64,000 bases of DNA from a virus (lineage: Duplodnaviria > Heunggongvirae > Uroviricota > Caudoviricetes): positions 12,476 to 76,475 of the IMG/VR virus record IMGVR_UViG_3300035034_001740; one strand, given 5' to 3'. The stretch's first letter is position 1. Each line of letters begins with the position of its first letter. Position numbers and translations under genes: made by a program. This document shows positions 26,895-37,266 of this stretch, piece after piece. A model generated the notes under the pieces. The model was not told the origin of the DNA. It saw only the letters and a program-made list of their open reading frames with translations, and ran no database searches.

Positions 26895-27692
26895 ATGAAA
26901 ATATCATTTTTAGTTACAGTTCATAACGAAACTACTGAGTTACAAACTTTGTTGAGCCAGTTGAATAGTTATTTGGATTCTACTGGACATAAAGATGAAG
27001 TTGTAATTCTAGACGATTACTCAACAAACAAAGATACAATCGATTTGATTGATACGTATTCCTCCATTGATAATTTTACAGTAGTTAAACATAAGCTCGA
27101 TGTTAAAGGTGAAGGATTCGGTGGTCACAAACAGTTTGGCAACGAACAGTGTAGTGGAGATTATATTTTCCAAGTTGATGCAGACGAATACTTTTCTGAC
27201 GCCCTACTTTACAACCTGAAAGAGTTGTTGATCGGAAACCCAACTGTGGATTTGTTCTTAATTCCAAGAGTCAACATCATAAGAGAACTGAATGTTTGGA
27301 ACTATGCCAAGTATGGATGGCAGATTTCAAAACTTGATGAATTTGAAGAACAAAAGGTGTTCGATGATCAATCATCAGAGTATCAATTTATAAAGAACTT
27401 CAATTTCGTAAGTAACGAAAAGAGAATAAGTGAAACTCAGATCGATGTTACATATAAACTTCCTATTATAAATTGGGGGTCCGGAGATTACCAATATAGA
27501 TTATACAGAAACTCAAAAGGTATAACATGGGATCGTCCGTTACATGAGTTGATAATTGGTGCTGATGTACAAACGTATCTGCCTAAAGAAGTTGAATGGT
27601 CACTCATACATGACAAGACGATGAGACGTCAAACTCAACAGAACACCTTTTACATGACGGAATTCAGCCAGGAGATGAATACAAGAAACTAA
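26895..27692 (+). CDS. Glycosyltransferase, family 2 (GT-A)
   Basis: MKISFLVTVHNE...VVILDDYSTN...QVDADEY (DxD). Confidence 0.6.
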   Translation: MKISFLVTVHNETTELQTLLSQLNSYLDSTGHKDEVVILDDYSTNKDTIDLIDTYSSIDNFTVVKHKLDVKGEGFGGHKQFGNEQCSGDYIFQVDADEYFSDALLYNLKELLIGNPTVDLFLIPRVNIIRELNVWNYAKYGWQISKLDEFEEQKVFDDQSSEYQFIKNFNFVSNEKRISETQIDVTYKLPIINWGSGDYQYRLYRNSKGITWDRPLHELIIGADVQTYLPKEVEWSLIHDKTMRRQTQQNTFYMTEFSQEMNTRN

Positions 27693-27696
27693 GATT

Positions 27697-28236
27697 ATGA
27701 ATACAATACTTGAACATTACGAATTAAAATGCAACACACGATCCGACATAAACGAACATCTACCTACGTTGTTTAGATATTCAAGTGAGTGTGATCATAT
27801 CACTGAAATGGGAGTTAGGGAAGTTGTTTCGACGTGGGCATTTCTGAATGCCAAACCCAGAAAAATGGTTAGTTATGATCTGTATACGAGTACACATATA
27901 AACGAACCCTTGAGACTCGCTAAAGAGAGTGGGATTGATTTTTCCTTCGTCGAAGCAAATGTATTGGAAGTCGATATCGAAAAAACTGATCTATTGTTTA
28001 TTGATACCGCTCACCAATATGAACAATTAAAGAATGAACTTTCGAAACATTCTGGCAAGGTTAAGAAATATATCATTCTACACGACACCACGTTATTCGC
28101 TCACACAGATGAGTCGACAGGTAATGTGGGTGGATTGGTTAAGGCCCTCGATGAATTTTTAGAAGAGAACTCTAATTGGCAACGGAAAGAAGTGTTTACA
28201 AATAACAATGGATTAACCGTACTCGAACGGGTTTAA
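27697..28236 (+). CDS. Class I SAM-dependent methyltransferase (TylF/CmcI-like, putative)
   Basis: ITEMGVREVVSTWAF...LLFIDTAHQYE...ILHDT resembles macrocin-O-MTase-like folds. Confidence 0.4.
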   Translation: MNTILEHYELKCNTRSDINEHLPTLFRYSSECDHITEMGVREVVSTWAFLNAKPRKMVSYDLYTSTHINEPLRLAKESGIDFSFVEANVLEVDIEKTDLLFIDTAHQYEQLKNELSKHSGKVKKYIILHDTTLFAHTDESTGNVGGLVKALDEFLEENSNWQRKEVFTNNNGLTVLERV

Positions 28237-28281
28237 TATAAATAATACTTAATTACAATATGGTCAATCAGTATATACAAC

Positions 28282-28893
28282 ATGCATTTTAACAGATTAC
28301 AACATCATTTCGATACTGGTGAAATGACCCCAACTTACGTTCTGGATATAGGAGCTAATAAAGGGGAATGGACACGTCAAGCATCACATATATGGAAATC
28401 TGCTAATTTCTATATGATTGAGGCATGTGAAGTTCACTCTAATCATTTAAAGGTCGTTGGATTTCCATACGATATACGAATCTTATCAGATTCATGTAAA
28501 TCCGTTGAGTTCTATACAAATAAGACTGACTTAGCATCAACAGGAAACTCACTCTACCGTGAAGACACCCATTACTTCTCAGACGATAACATATTGATAG
28601 AGACTAAAGAAGCTCGTTCGTTGGATTCGTTGAACTTGGGAAGGTTTGACATGATCAAATTGGATACACAAGGGTCTGAGATTGATATACTAAAAGGGTC
28701 ATCTGAAACCTTACTGGGTGTCAAACATATATTAATGGAAGTTTCCCTTACACAATATAATATTGGTTCTCCCAGGTTTTATGATGTGATTGAGTTTATA
28801 AATTCAATCGGATTCGAAGTTTTAGATATAATTGATAACCATTACTTAAACAATGAGCTCATTCAGGTGGATGTCTTATTTAAACGAAAATGA
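28282..28893 (+). CDS. FkbM family methyltransferase
   Basis: VLDIGANKGEWT is the FkbM signature. Confidence 0.6.
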   Translation: MHFNRLQHHFDTGEMTPTYVLDIGANKGEWTRQASHIWKSANFYMIEACEVHSNHLKVVGFPYDIRILSDSCKSVEFYTNKTDLASTGNSLYREDTHYFSDDNILIETKEARSLDSLNLGRFDMIKLDTQGSEIDILKGSSETLLGVKHILMEVSLTQYNIGSPRFYDVIEFINSIGFEVLDIIDNHYLNNELIQVDVLFKRK

Positions 28894-29621
28894 AAGTTTA
28901 TTACAGAATATCCGATTCGGGTTACAACAAAGTAAAGCCTGATTACATTTCCAATGAAAATTGTTATAATAACTTCATTAATAATTTCAAACACCCTAAC
29001 GAAGTCATATTGATAGCTGATAATGTCTCAGATGTTACGTGGTCATGGTGTCAGAATATGAGAGATCGTGATGGTCTACTTGAGATACATCGAACTAACG
29101 GTGGTTCATCTGGAAAAGGTTTCAATATATGTTATGATATGGCAATTCAACATGATGACGATGAGATAATATTCTTCGTGGAGAATGATTATATATTTGT
29201 CGATGGGATTTACGATTTTATGTTGGAAGCGTTTTACTTCGGTATTGAATATTTGACTCCGTATTTACATCCGGATAAGTTCATACCAGCTTCGCAGGGT
29301 GGGAATGTATTGGTAGACGATGACGGTGGTCAAGTTACGAAGGTGTTTAATACAGGCAGTCGATTCTGGATGTTAACTGATTCAACCACAATGACATTTG
29401 CTTCTACTGTTGGGGTGTTAAAACAAGACATGGATATAATAAAAGCATTCACATCAGAGCCATATCCAAACGATTGTAAGATGTTCCATTCTCTACGGGA
29501 TAAAGGACGTTCATTAGCACAACCCATTCCCACATTAGCCACTCACGGTGAGACGTCATGGATGGCATCTACAATTGGATTACATACAAACAATTGGGAG
29601 GATATTATTTATGGAAAATAA
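28890..29621 (+). CDS. Hypothetical protein, possible GT-A fold glycosyltransferase
   Basis: ILIADNVSD...HDDDEIIFFVENDY is a DxD-like arrangement. Confidence 0.35.
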   Translation: MKVYYRISDSGYNKVKPDYISNENCYNNFINNFKHPNEVILIADNVSDVTWSWCQNMRDRDGLLEIHRTNGGSSGKGFNICYDMAIQHDDDEIIFFVENDYIFVDGIYDFMLEAFYFGIEYLTPYLHPDKFIPASQGGNVLVDDDGGQVTKVFNTGSRFWMLTDSTTMTFASTVGVLKQDMDIIKAFTSEPYPNDCKMFHSLRDKGRSLAQPIPTLATHGETSWMASTIGLHTNNWEDIIYGK

Positions 29622-29862
29622 AGATTTAATTATAGGCGCAGTCGGTGATTATACGTTTGACCACACGGATAATTGTCCTTCACAGGATGACCCTCGTTAC
29701 CATGACTTTATCGAAGGCAGGAAGTTCTTTTATAATGAAGCTTATAATCAACGTCACGTTGGATACTCCAATCTTGCATATGATCACTCAACGTTTGATA
29801 TGGATGGCATCGCTAATGGCATTTGGATAAAGTCATCTAACTATAAACTTATTAATATATAA
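29611..29862 (+). CDS. Hypothetical protein
   Basis: Start chosen at the ATG overlapping the upstream stop (MENKDLIIGAVGDY...). Confidence 0.35.
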   Translation: MENKDLIIGAVGDYTFDHTDNCPSQDDPRYHDFIEGRKFFYNEAYNQRHVGYSNLAYDHSTFDMDGIANGIWIKSSNYKLINI

Positions 29863-29876
29863 CAACATATTATAAA

Positions 29877-29904
29877 TTGACATGTGTATCTCATATATCA
29901 TAAT
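29877..29904 (+). promoter_or_regulatory. sigma70-like promoter TTGACA-16-CATAAT
   Basis: ATAAATTGACA extended -35, upstream of the GT2 gene at 29913. Confidence 0.45.
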
Positions 29905-29912
29905 ATACTAAA

Positions 29913-30722
29913 ATGATTTCAGTAATTATACCAACTTATAAGAATCCAGAATATCTGGACATTTGTTTATCTTCATGTATCTCAGGTTCTAAGTTAGATA
30001 CCACTAGAATTATTGTTGTGGTTGACGGTTACATAGAACTATCTCAGAAGATATTGGATACGTATAATGAATCTATTTCGGTGTTAGACTTGGATGTCAA
30101 TCGTGGGATGGATGCTGCTATTAATTTAGGAGTTTGGAATTGTGATTCTGATAAGGTCTTCGTAGTGAACGATGATCAAATCTTTGCTGATGGGTGGGAT
30201 ATTGAACTAGATGCGTTAGACGTCGATTCCACGGTGTATACTATAGAACAGATAGAACGCAACGCTGGTATATTTAATTTTCACGTTGCTAACTTCGGAG
30301 ATACTGTTGATACATTTGACATGGAGAAATTCAATGAGTATGTAAATACTCACTCATCGAATAAACAAACTGACTCTGCCAGAATTTTCCCTTTTCTACT
30401 GAGTAAAAGGTGGTTCATGACTGTGGGCGGTTTTGAAAATTACAATTCTCCGTTTTGGACTGATGTCGATTTCTTTTTAAAGTTAGAACTAGCGGGTCTC
30501 ACATTCAAACGAATATACCACACAATGTTATTTCATTGGGGATCAACCGCTACAAAAAACCGCAAAGATTCTGAGTCGGTAGGTTTCCAAGATGGAGAAA
30601 GTCGGGCTGCTGAACAATTTTTTTATAAATGGGGGTATTTGCCACAGATAGGTGGCCAAAATACAGTTAATACGAAATATCCGACGCATAACAAGACTAT
30701 CAAAGGGATCGTATATGAGTAA
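29913..30722 (+). CDS. Glycosyltransferase, family 2
   Basis: MISVIIPTYKNPEYLDICL is the classic GT2 N-terminus; DxD in VVNDDQIF. Confidence 0.7.
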   Translation: MISVIIPTYKNPEYLDICLSSCISGSKLDTTRIIVVVDGYIELSQKILDTYNESISVLDLDVNRGMDAAINLGVWNCDSDKVFVVNDDQIFADGWDIELDALDVDSTVYTIEQIERNAGIFNFHVANFGDTVDTFDMEKFNEYVNTHSSNKQTDSARIFPFLLSKRWFMTVGGFENYNSPFWTDVDFFLKLELAGLTFKRIYHTMLFHWGSTATKNRKDSESVGFQDGESRAAEQFFYKWGYLPQIGGQNTVNTKYPTHNKTIKGIVYE

Positions 30723-31764
30723 ACACACATTTTTAATAACAGGAGTTGCTGGATTGATCGGATCGAATATGGCACACTGGTTAATAACCCATACAGATAG
30801 TAATGTCGTTGGTATTGATGATTTGTCAGGGGGAGCTGTTTCAAATTTGCCTGATGAGTCAGATAGATTTAAGTTTTATCAAGGCGATGCCGCGTCTGAT
30901 ATATTGAATCATATATTTGAGACTCACAAACCAACTCATGTATATCATTTTTCGTGTTGGGCGGCTGAAGGAGCCAGTCCATTTTTCAGAAAGCATAGTT
31001 TCTATACTAATAACATGGTGTCTGCTAATGTAGTTAATAACTGTATAAATCACGATGTCACCCGATTGTTGTTTACAAGTACAATGGCGGTATATGGCTA
31101 TGGGGATAACAACCCACCGTTCAGTGAAGAATTGATACCTGCCCCGATTGATACGTATGGTATTGGTAAATATGCAGTTGAGATGGATATACGGGTAGCT
31201 GGGATTCAACATGGGTTGGATTGGTGTATAATTCGTCCTCATAATGTATATGGGAAATTTCAACAGTATAATGACAAGTTTAGAAATGTGTTGGGGATTT
31301 GGATGTTCCAATACCTAAGAGGTTTGCCGCTAACTATATTTGGGGATGGTGAACAAAAACGGTCATTCTCATACATTGATGACACCCTTCACTGTTTTTA
31401 TAACGCGATGATGTTTTCTGAGTGTTCGTGTGAAGTTATCAATTTAGGTGGTATTCATGAATATTCTATAAATGACGCGTTAAGTGTTGTATTAGAGGTT
31501 TTTGAGGCTGATGGCAATCCATTTGGGTTTCCTCAAGTAGTACACTGTGAGTCTCGACACGAAGTGAAGGATGCTTATCCTACATATCAAAAGAGCGTCG
31601 ATATGTTGAAGTTTAACCATGTTACTGATTTAAGAAGTGGCATACAACATATGTGGAATTGGGTTAAGGATGATTACACCGCCCATAATAGATGTCAACT
31701 TGAGTTGGGTGAATTTGAAGTGTCTAAAGGGGTATACGAACAGTGGAAAGTCGATAAAAAATGA
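30716..31764 (+). CDS. NAD-dependent epimerase/dehydratase (extended SDR)
   Basis: FLITGVAGLIGSNMAHWL is a GxxGxxG Rossmann motif; YGIGKYAVE is the YxxxK catalytic motif. Confidence 0.8.
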
Positions 31765-32045
31765 AAGTTAAACACAACCGACACAACGACCGCGGTTCGA
31801 AAACGATTGTAAATAATAATCGGATTACTAAACAAGTTATGACACCATGTTATGATAACAAATTTGTATCTGAGGATTATATTGAAGAAGTTTCTAAGGC
31901 CAAAAGAGATAATTGTAATCATAACGAATGTGATCATTCTATAGGTTATTGTGTCGATGGGGATTTTTGGGGATTTAAAGATTCTGAATGGGAGTCGGTT
32001 ACATTTTGTATTAACGGCGAAGCCACAACCATTCCTTTATCATGA
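31761..32045 (+). CDS. Hypothetical Cys/His-rich protein, MK[IV]KHTRHN-leader family (MKVKHNRHN...)
   Basis: Conserved leader; ATGA overlap with the upstream stop. Confidence 0.5.
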   Translation: MKVKHNRHNDRGSKTIVNNNRITKQVMTPCYDNKFVSEDYIEEVSKAKRDNCNHNECDHSIGYCVDGDFWGFKDSEWESVTFCINGEATTIPLS

Positions 32046-32656
32046 AATTCTTTACAGCAGATACACACTTCGGCGACGAACGGTTATTTCTATTTCCAAG
32101 AGATTACAAGAACGCTGATTTAATGGAAGCGGATTTGATTCGTAATTGGAACAAGGTCATCACCAATGAAGATGAGGTTTATCATTTGGGAGACTTCTTA
32201 GTTGATGAATCTAAGTTTGACTTGGTTAGTCAGTTAAACGGTGTAAAACATTTGATTGTGGGGAATTATGATGAACCATACGACACACAAAGATTTCTTG
32301 ATGCTGGCTTCGCCAGTGTTTCGACCTCTTTGATTATGGATATCGGTGAACTACGTGTTAATCTGGTTCACTACCCAACGAAGGGAGTTGTCAATCGATT
32401 TAACATTGTTGGTCATGTTCATGGAGCATGGAGAGTTCAAAAGAACATGTTGAATGTGGGTGTTGACGCCTGGAACTATCGTCCAGTAACGGAGAAGGAA
32501 GTTTTGTTTATGTATAACGCTATTGAGAACTTCTATGATGATGATATTTGGGCGTATAAACACCGTTCTAATATGGAACATAAACACAGAGGAAAAGCAG
32601 GCGGCGCTGCTAAAGGGAGTTTAAAAGAAGGTTCATTAAGGAGTTTAATAAAATGA
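32042..32656 (+). CDS. Calcineurin-like metallophosphoesterase
   Basis: FTADTHFG (DxH), VYHLGDF (GD), VGNYDEP (GNHD-like), GHVHG. Confidence 0.6.
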   Translation: MKFFTADTHFGDERLFLFPRDYKNADLMEADLIRNWNKVITNEDEVYHLGDFLVDESKFDLVSQLNGVKHLIVGNYDEPYDTQRFLDAGFASVSTSLIMDIGELRVNLVHYPTKGVVNRFNIVGHVHGAWRVQKNMLNVGVDAWNYRPVTEKEVLFMYNAIENFYDDDIWAYKHRSNMEHKHRGKAGGAAKGSLKEGSLRSLIK

Positions 32657-33156
32657 AAGTAATATACACAACACAGAAAATTGAAGAAAACCAAAACTCT
32701 ATCTTTTTGGCTGGCCCAAGCCCTAGATCAGATGACGTTCAATCATGGAGGCCAGAGGCTATTCAACTTCTTGCTGATAAGGGTTTTGACGGTGTAGTTT
32801 ACAATTCAGAACACGTCGATGGTCAAGAGGGATTTAATAAATCTGAATATCCACCTGATTGGGAATGGCATGCTATCAATCAGTCTGGCGTATTGGCGTT
32901 TTGGGTTCCTAGAGACATGGAAACTATGCCAGCATTAACAACCAATGTTGAGTTTGGATATTGGATGAAGGGACATCCGTTCTTATTGTATGGTAGACCC
33001 GATGGTGCTCCTAAGAACAGATACCTTGATTGGTTATTGAAAAAGGAACGACCATCAGCACCAATATATAAAAATCTAAATGACTTAATGGAATCCTCAA
33101 CAGGACTTCTCAATCTATTAAAAGAACTATATGAAGATAAAAAAATTGTTAGATAA
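32653..33156 (+). CDS. Nucleoside 2-deoxyribosyltransferase-like protein (putative)
   Basis: IFLAGPSPR... and TTNVEFGYWMKGHP resemble the NDT/DNPH1 motifs. Confidence 0.4.
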   Translation: MKVIYTTQKIEENQNSIFLAGPSPRSDDVQSWRPEAIQLLADKGFDGVVYNSEHVDGQEGFNKSEYPPDWEWHAINQSGVLAFWVPRDMETMPALTTNVEFGYWMKGHPFLLYGRPDGAPKNRYLDWLLKKERPSAPIYKNLNDLMESSTGLLNLLKELYEDKKIVR

Positions 33157-33544
33157 CGCAAGATTGCCTGAGAAGGCAACCACATATGCAGCTGGTTACG
33201 ACCTATTTTCCACTGAGGATTATATATTAGAACCCAAACAAAGACATTTGTTTAAAACTGGTATTGCTATGGAGATTCCAGAAGGAGTCTACGGTAGAAT
33301 CGCACCACGTAGTGGATTTGCTTATAAAAATGGGATCGATGTTCTTGCTGGAGTGATTGATGCCGATTATCGTAATGATGTTGGTGTTATATTATATAAC
33401 ACTGGCGATGAACCGTTTGAAGTGAAAGAGGGGATGGCGATTGCTCAAATTGTATTTGAACAACACCAGAACTTTCCGTTTGTTGAGGTAGATGTTCTTA
33501 GTGATATTGATCGAGGCGGCGGTTTCGGGTCGACAGACAAATAA
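33131..33544 (+). CDS. dut: dUTP diphosphatase (dUTPase)
   Basis: AGYDL, RIAPRSG, GVIDADYRN, and C-terminal RGGGFGSTD are all five dUTPase motifs. Confidence 0.9.
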   Translation: MKIKKLLDNARLPEKATTYAAGYDLFSTEDYILEPKQRHLFKTGIAMEIPEGVYGRIAPRSGFAYKNGIDVLAGVIDADYRNDVGVILYNTGDEPFEVKEGMAIAQIVFEQHQNFPFVEVDVLSDIDRGGGFGSTDK

Positions 33545-33590
33545 CTACACGATACTATCGTGTTTTTGAGGTTGGTGTATATTTATATCC

Positions 33591-34877
33591 ATGAATCTCT
33601 TTAAAAATATAGCGAAGGAACTTCTTATGGAAAGAGAAGGGACGTTTGAGAAATGTTCAACTCAAGCTAATCTTCGGGAAGGTAAGAACGCTATTCTCAA
33701 ACTGGCAAATCTCGTGTCTGATGACCATCTACATGAGTATGGCCGTGAGAACGACCCCCATGTGACTGTATTGTATGGTATAACCCCATCCTTGTCAGCT
33801 AAGAGGGGTGTTGAAGAGGCTATCCGCAAATCAGGTATCAATGAAATAAGAGGTTGTATAGGCGAATGTTCATTATTCGAACTAGAGGATTTTGATGTAG
33901 TTAAATTCGAAGTTATATCTGAGAATTTGCACCAGTTACACGATGCTATCTGTGAAGACGTTCCCTATACGACAGACTACCCAGACTATAACCCACACAT
34001 TACAGTAGCATACGTAAAACCAGGATTGGGCCAACAGTATGTTAATAGGATAGGTAATAAGTTAGAGGGCGTCCCTTTGAGACTTGATACTATTCAATTC
34101 AGTGATGTTGACGGAACACAGACTCCAATTAAGTTGGGATATCCGGACAATGAAGACGCACAACATCCTGACACAGGTGGAATGAATGAAGACCTTGGTG
34201 TCGGCGGCGGCTTTATGAGCGGCGGTAATCAAGGTATGGGTTACATGGGTGGCCATCAGGGGGTATTTAACTCACCTGAAGTCGGAGCAAGTTCTAACAA
34301 ATATAGATCATACAGCAGAAATAGTATGTCGGGGGCTAACACTGTGGTTTCTAGTGGTTACTACGATACTGTATTTGATCAAGATGTTGAGAAAATCATG
34401 AGTATCTTGCACGATTTAGGGATTAAAACTGCTGGAATGCCTGTCAACCGTGACGAAAAAGATTTTAGTGTTCAAGGATTTGACAGTCAACATTCCGGTT
34501 TTAGAATCCCCAATGATGTCAACGTAAAGTCTTCAGATGATGTTATGAATGATACTTCTGGAATCAACCTATCCAGAAAGACCGTAATGAAACACTTGAA
34601 ACTTGAGTTCGGTGATGAACTTCCAGATTTAATAAAACAAAACCAAGACAAAATCAACTTTGATGAAATTATGCTTGGACTGAAAGAAGTAATGAGGGAT
34701 ATGAAATATCCAGACAAGGATTTCGCTTTTATGAAAGTTCTTAAACAACTTATACGAGAACCAAACTATTATACAGGTCTCGGTAAGTATGACATTGGTG
34801 AGTCGTATGAACGAAGCATCTATGGAACAAAATTTAAACCAAATGAAATCTCAAATATATTAGAAGGATTAAAATGA
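33591..34877 (+). CDS. Hypothetical protein with N-terminal 2H phosphoesterase domain
   Basis: DPHVTVLYGIT and NPHITVAYVKPG are the two HxTx motifs; Gly-rich linker; C-domain unknown. Confidence 0.5.
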   Translation: MNLFKNIAKELLMEREGTFEKCSTQANLREGKNAILKLANLVSDDHLHEYGRENDPHVTVLYGITPSLSAKRGVEEAIRKSGINEIRGCIGECSLFELEDFDVVKFEVISENLHQLHDAICEDVPYTTDYPDYNPHITVAYVKPGLGQQYVNRIGNKLEGVPLRLDTIQFSDVDGTQTPIKLGYPDNEDAQHPDTGGMNEDLGVGGGFMSGGNQGMGYMGGHQGVFNSPEVGASSNKYRSYSRNSMSGANTVVSSGYYDTVFDQDVEKIMSILHDLGIKTAGMPVNRDEKDFSVQGFDSQHSGFRIPNDVNVKSSDDVMNDTSGINLSRKTVMKHLKLEFGDELPDLIKQNQDKINFDEIMLGLKEVMRDMKYPDKDFAFMKVLKQLIREPNYYTGLGKYDIGESYERSIYGTKFKPNEISNILEGLK

Positions 34878-35140
34878 AACCAGACTGTAAAATAAATATG
34901 AAAGCACTAACAGGCATCGTTGATGGTATGTTAGCTGAAAAGAATCAAATGGGTCGCAAGGTCTTTGAAGATATGACCGAAGGCGACTGGAGTGGTGAAC
35001 GTAACAGTTCCGTTGATAACGTTGGTGAATATATGCAGATGTATAAGAAATTTGAAAAACGAGCACAAGAGATGGGGAATATGAATGTTAGTCATATGGC
35101 CGGCGCAAAAACTTTTGCTGAATGGTTAGATTCACACTAA
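34874..35140 (+). CDS. Hypothetical protein
   Basis: ORF only. Confidence 0.4.
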   Translation: MKPDCKINMKALTGIVDGMLAEKNQMGRKVFEDMTEGDWSGERNSSVDNVGEYMQMYKKFEKRAQEMGNMNVSHMAGAKTFAEWLDSH

Positions 35141-35183
35141 ACAATTCTGGAAAATCACAACTGTGAGATGTTAGAATGACATA

Positions 35184-35453
35184 ATGGTAAAAGATCATCA
35201 TAAAGAATACCACTTGGAAGACCTTAATGAAGGTAATACAAGAATGGTAGACTCGAATGTAAATCCTAACAAGGATGATTACGACGATGATTTCGAGCAT
35301 GGGATTGACGATAAACTCCAAGCCGGAACTAGACGTTGGACTTTAGATACTTATAAAGGAAGGAACGGCGATCACAAAACGCCAAAGCTTCCTAATTCTA
35401 TCAAGGAATTGAAACAGATGATCAAAGAAGAAATTCGTAATTTTTTACTATAA
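35184..35453 (+). CDS. Hypothetical protein
   Basis: ORF only. Confidence 0.35.
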   Translation: MVKDHHKEYHLEDLNEGNTRMVDSNVNPNKDDYDDDFEHGIDDKLQAGTRRWTLDTYKGRNGDHKTPKLPNSIKELKQMIKEEIRNFLL

Positions 35454-35467
35454 AAACAAGGAACTCC

Positions 35468-36208
35468 ATGAAGGTATATATATTATTACTATTAACACTG
35501 ATATTTTCAGTGAGCTGTTCGTCTATGTCAGTCAACCGTCAAGCGGGTGGTATGCTTGACATACAAGGACGGTTAGGTAAAGCGGGTGTACAACAACCTG
35601 AAAACGCAAGAGACTCCGCTACCTTAACTTATAATGAAGATGGCGTTAAGATTCCGATGGGTGATGGTGACGAACTTGAGGTAATAGTTGATAAGGGCGT
35701 TTTGGGTGGGGTTAGAAAAACAATTATGTATAAACCAAAAAACAAGTCTAACGTTGAGGTATCTAACATAACAGCTGATGGCACAACCGGAACAAGTCAC
35801 AAGGATATGGTGGGTCAGTTAAAAGTATTTATGAAAAGCGCTAAGATAATCCTTTGGGTTGGTATAGGGTTTCTTGTTTCCGGCGGCGTATTCGCTGGTT
35901 TCTTGAGAGATACACGGACAGGGATGATCTTAGGTGGTATCGGTGCTTTGATGCTTATAGGATTTGCTGTGTTGCCACAAATTTACGCTAACTATCTGTT
36001 GGTGTTAGGAATTCTCTCTATTGTTATTCCTGTGATGTGGTATCTGAATATGAGAAGAAATGAGAGACTATTGAAAGCATCCGTTGAGACACATGAAGAG
36101 TTGAAGATTAAAGACCCTGAGAAGGCTAAGGAACAATCCAATGAGTTCAAGCAGAAGATAGACCCAAAGGACTTAGATCACGTTAAAAAATTAAAGAACG
36201 TCAACTAA
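35468..36208 (+). CDS. Membrane protein (signal peptide + 3 predicted TM helices)
   Basis: N-terminal hydrophobic stretch VYILLLLTLIFSVSC; later TM-like stretches. Confidence 0.5.
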   Translation: MKVYILLLLTLIFSVSCSSMSVNRQAGGMLDIQGRLGKAGVQQPENARDSATLTYNEDGVKIPMGDGDELEVIVDKGVLGGVRKTIMYKPKNKSNVEVSNITADGTTGTSHKDMVGQLKVFMKSAKIILWVGIGFLVSGGVFAGFLRDTRTGMILGGIGALMLIGFAVLPQIYANYLLVLGILSIVIPVMWYLNMRRNERLLKASVETHEELKIKDPEKAKEQSNEFKQKIDPKDLDHVKKLKNVN

Positions 36209-36216
36209 ATGGAGAA

Positions 36217-36549
36217 ATGTCGGCTAGTGATTCAATGAAGATGAGGTTGCAACTCAGAAAGGAACTCAACCGTGATTTACTAAACACACGTTGGGGACAA
36301 GTTAAACGACAACGTGAAGAGGAACGCGAACGGGTTGGAAAAGAAATTCAAAACAGCGCCATAACAATCGATGATATTTTACCTCCATCTCCGAATGAAA
36401 CTGTAACTATTACGAGATATGGTGACGACGGTCTCGGTAGTAGGACTGAAGAGGAAGTTCCTCTTATCAAACTGTATAACAACTTAAAAAAACAATTCGA
36501 AATCACTCATCAAAATGAAAGACTACATAGATTTTCAAGTCCACGATAA
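36217..36549 (+). CDS. Hypothetical protein
   Basis: ORF only. Confidence 0.4.
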   Translation: MSASDSMKMRLQLRKELNRDLLNTRWGQVKRQREEERERVGKEIQNSAITIDDILPPSPNETVTITRYGDDGLGSRTEEEVPLIKLYNNLKKQFEITHQNERLHRFSSPR

Positions 36550-37234
36550 ACTGAATCCTAAACTATGGGATAATGAAACTCTTAAATCAGATGTTCGAAG
36601 GAAGTTGATAAAGATTGCTAATGCGTTCCACAAGTTTCTTAATGTAAAGGCAAAGCTTCGTGATGTTATCATGACAGGAAGTTCAAGCAATTATAATTAC
36701 AGTTCTAAATTCTCAGACATTGACCTTCACTTGTTATATGACTTTGATGATGTTTTATCTGAGGAAGAGGAAGAACCCATTGAGACGGAAGCTGATTTGG
36801 TCAAGGAGTATATGATGGCTAAAAAAACCATTTGGAACGACAAATTTGATATCACCATAAATGGCGTTGAAGTGGAGTTATATTCACAAGATATTGATGA
36901 ACCTCACGAAGCTAACGGTCAGTTCTCCATTGTTAAAAATAATTGGGTTAAAAAGCCAGAGAAGATTGATGTTGAGTTGGATGAAAAAGCGGCTGAAAGT
37001 AAAGCTAAAGAATTAATGGATTTAATCGACCATACCCTTAAAGGCGACCCAAGTGACTCAACCATTCAGAAACTCAAGGATAAGATAAAGAGATTACGCC
37101 AAATCGGTCTTGACAAGGAAGATGGAGAGTATTCGGTAGAGAATCTCGCGTTTAAGGTTTTACGCCGAAGTGGATACATAGAAAAACTGTGGGATTCGGA
37201 GGTTGAATCACAACAAAAAGACTTTTCTTTATAA
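36515..37234 (+). CDS. Hypothetical protein, possible Pol-beta-type nucleotidyltransferase fold
   Basis: TGSSSNYNYSSKFSDIDLHL fits the GS...D-x-D motif. Confidence 0.35.
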   Translation: MKDYIDFQVHDKLNPKLWDNETLKSDVRRKLIKIANAFHKFLNVKAKLRDVIMTGSSSNYNYSSKFSDIDLHLLYDFDDVLSEEEEEPIETEADLVKEYMMAKKTIWNDKFDITINGVEVELYSQDIDEPHEANGQFSIVKNNWVKKPEKIDVELDEKAAESKAKELMDLIDHTLKGDPSDSTIQKLKDKIKRLRQIGLDKEDGEYSVENLAFKVLRRSGYIEKLWDSEVESQQKDFSL

Positions 37235-37266
37235 AAAGTTATTTTAAGTTGACAATTGGGATTTGA

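Noticed and set aside
31785-31800. GGTTCGAAAAC resembling a tRNA T-loop
   Set aside because: There is no acceptor or anticodon arm pairing around it, and it lies inside a coding ORF. I found no convincing tRNA anywhere in the window.
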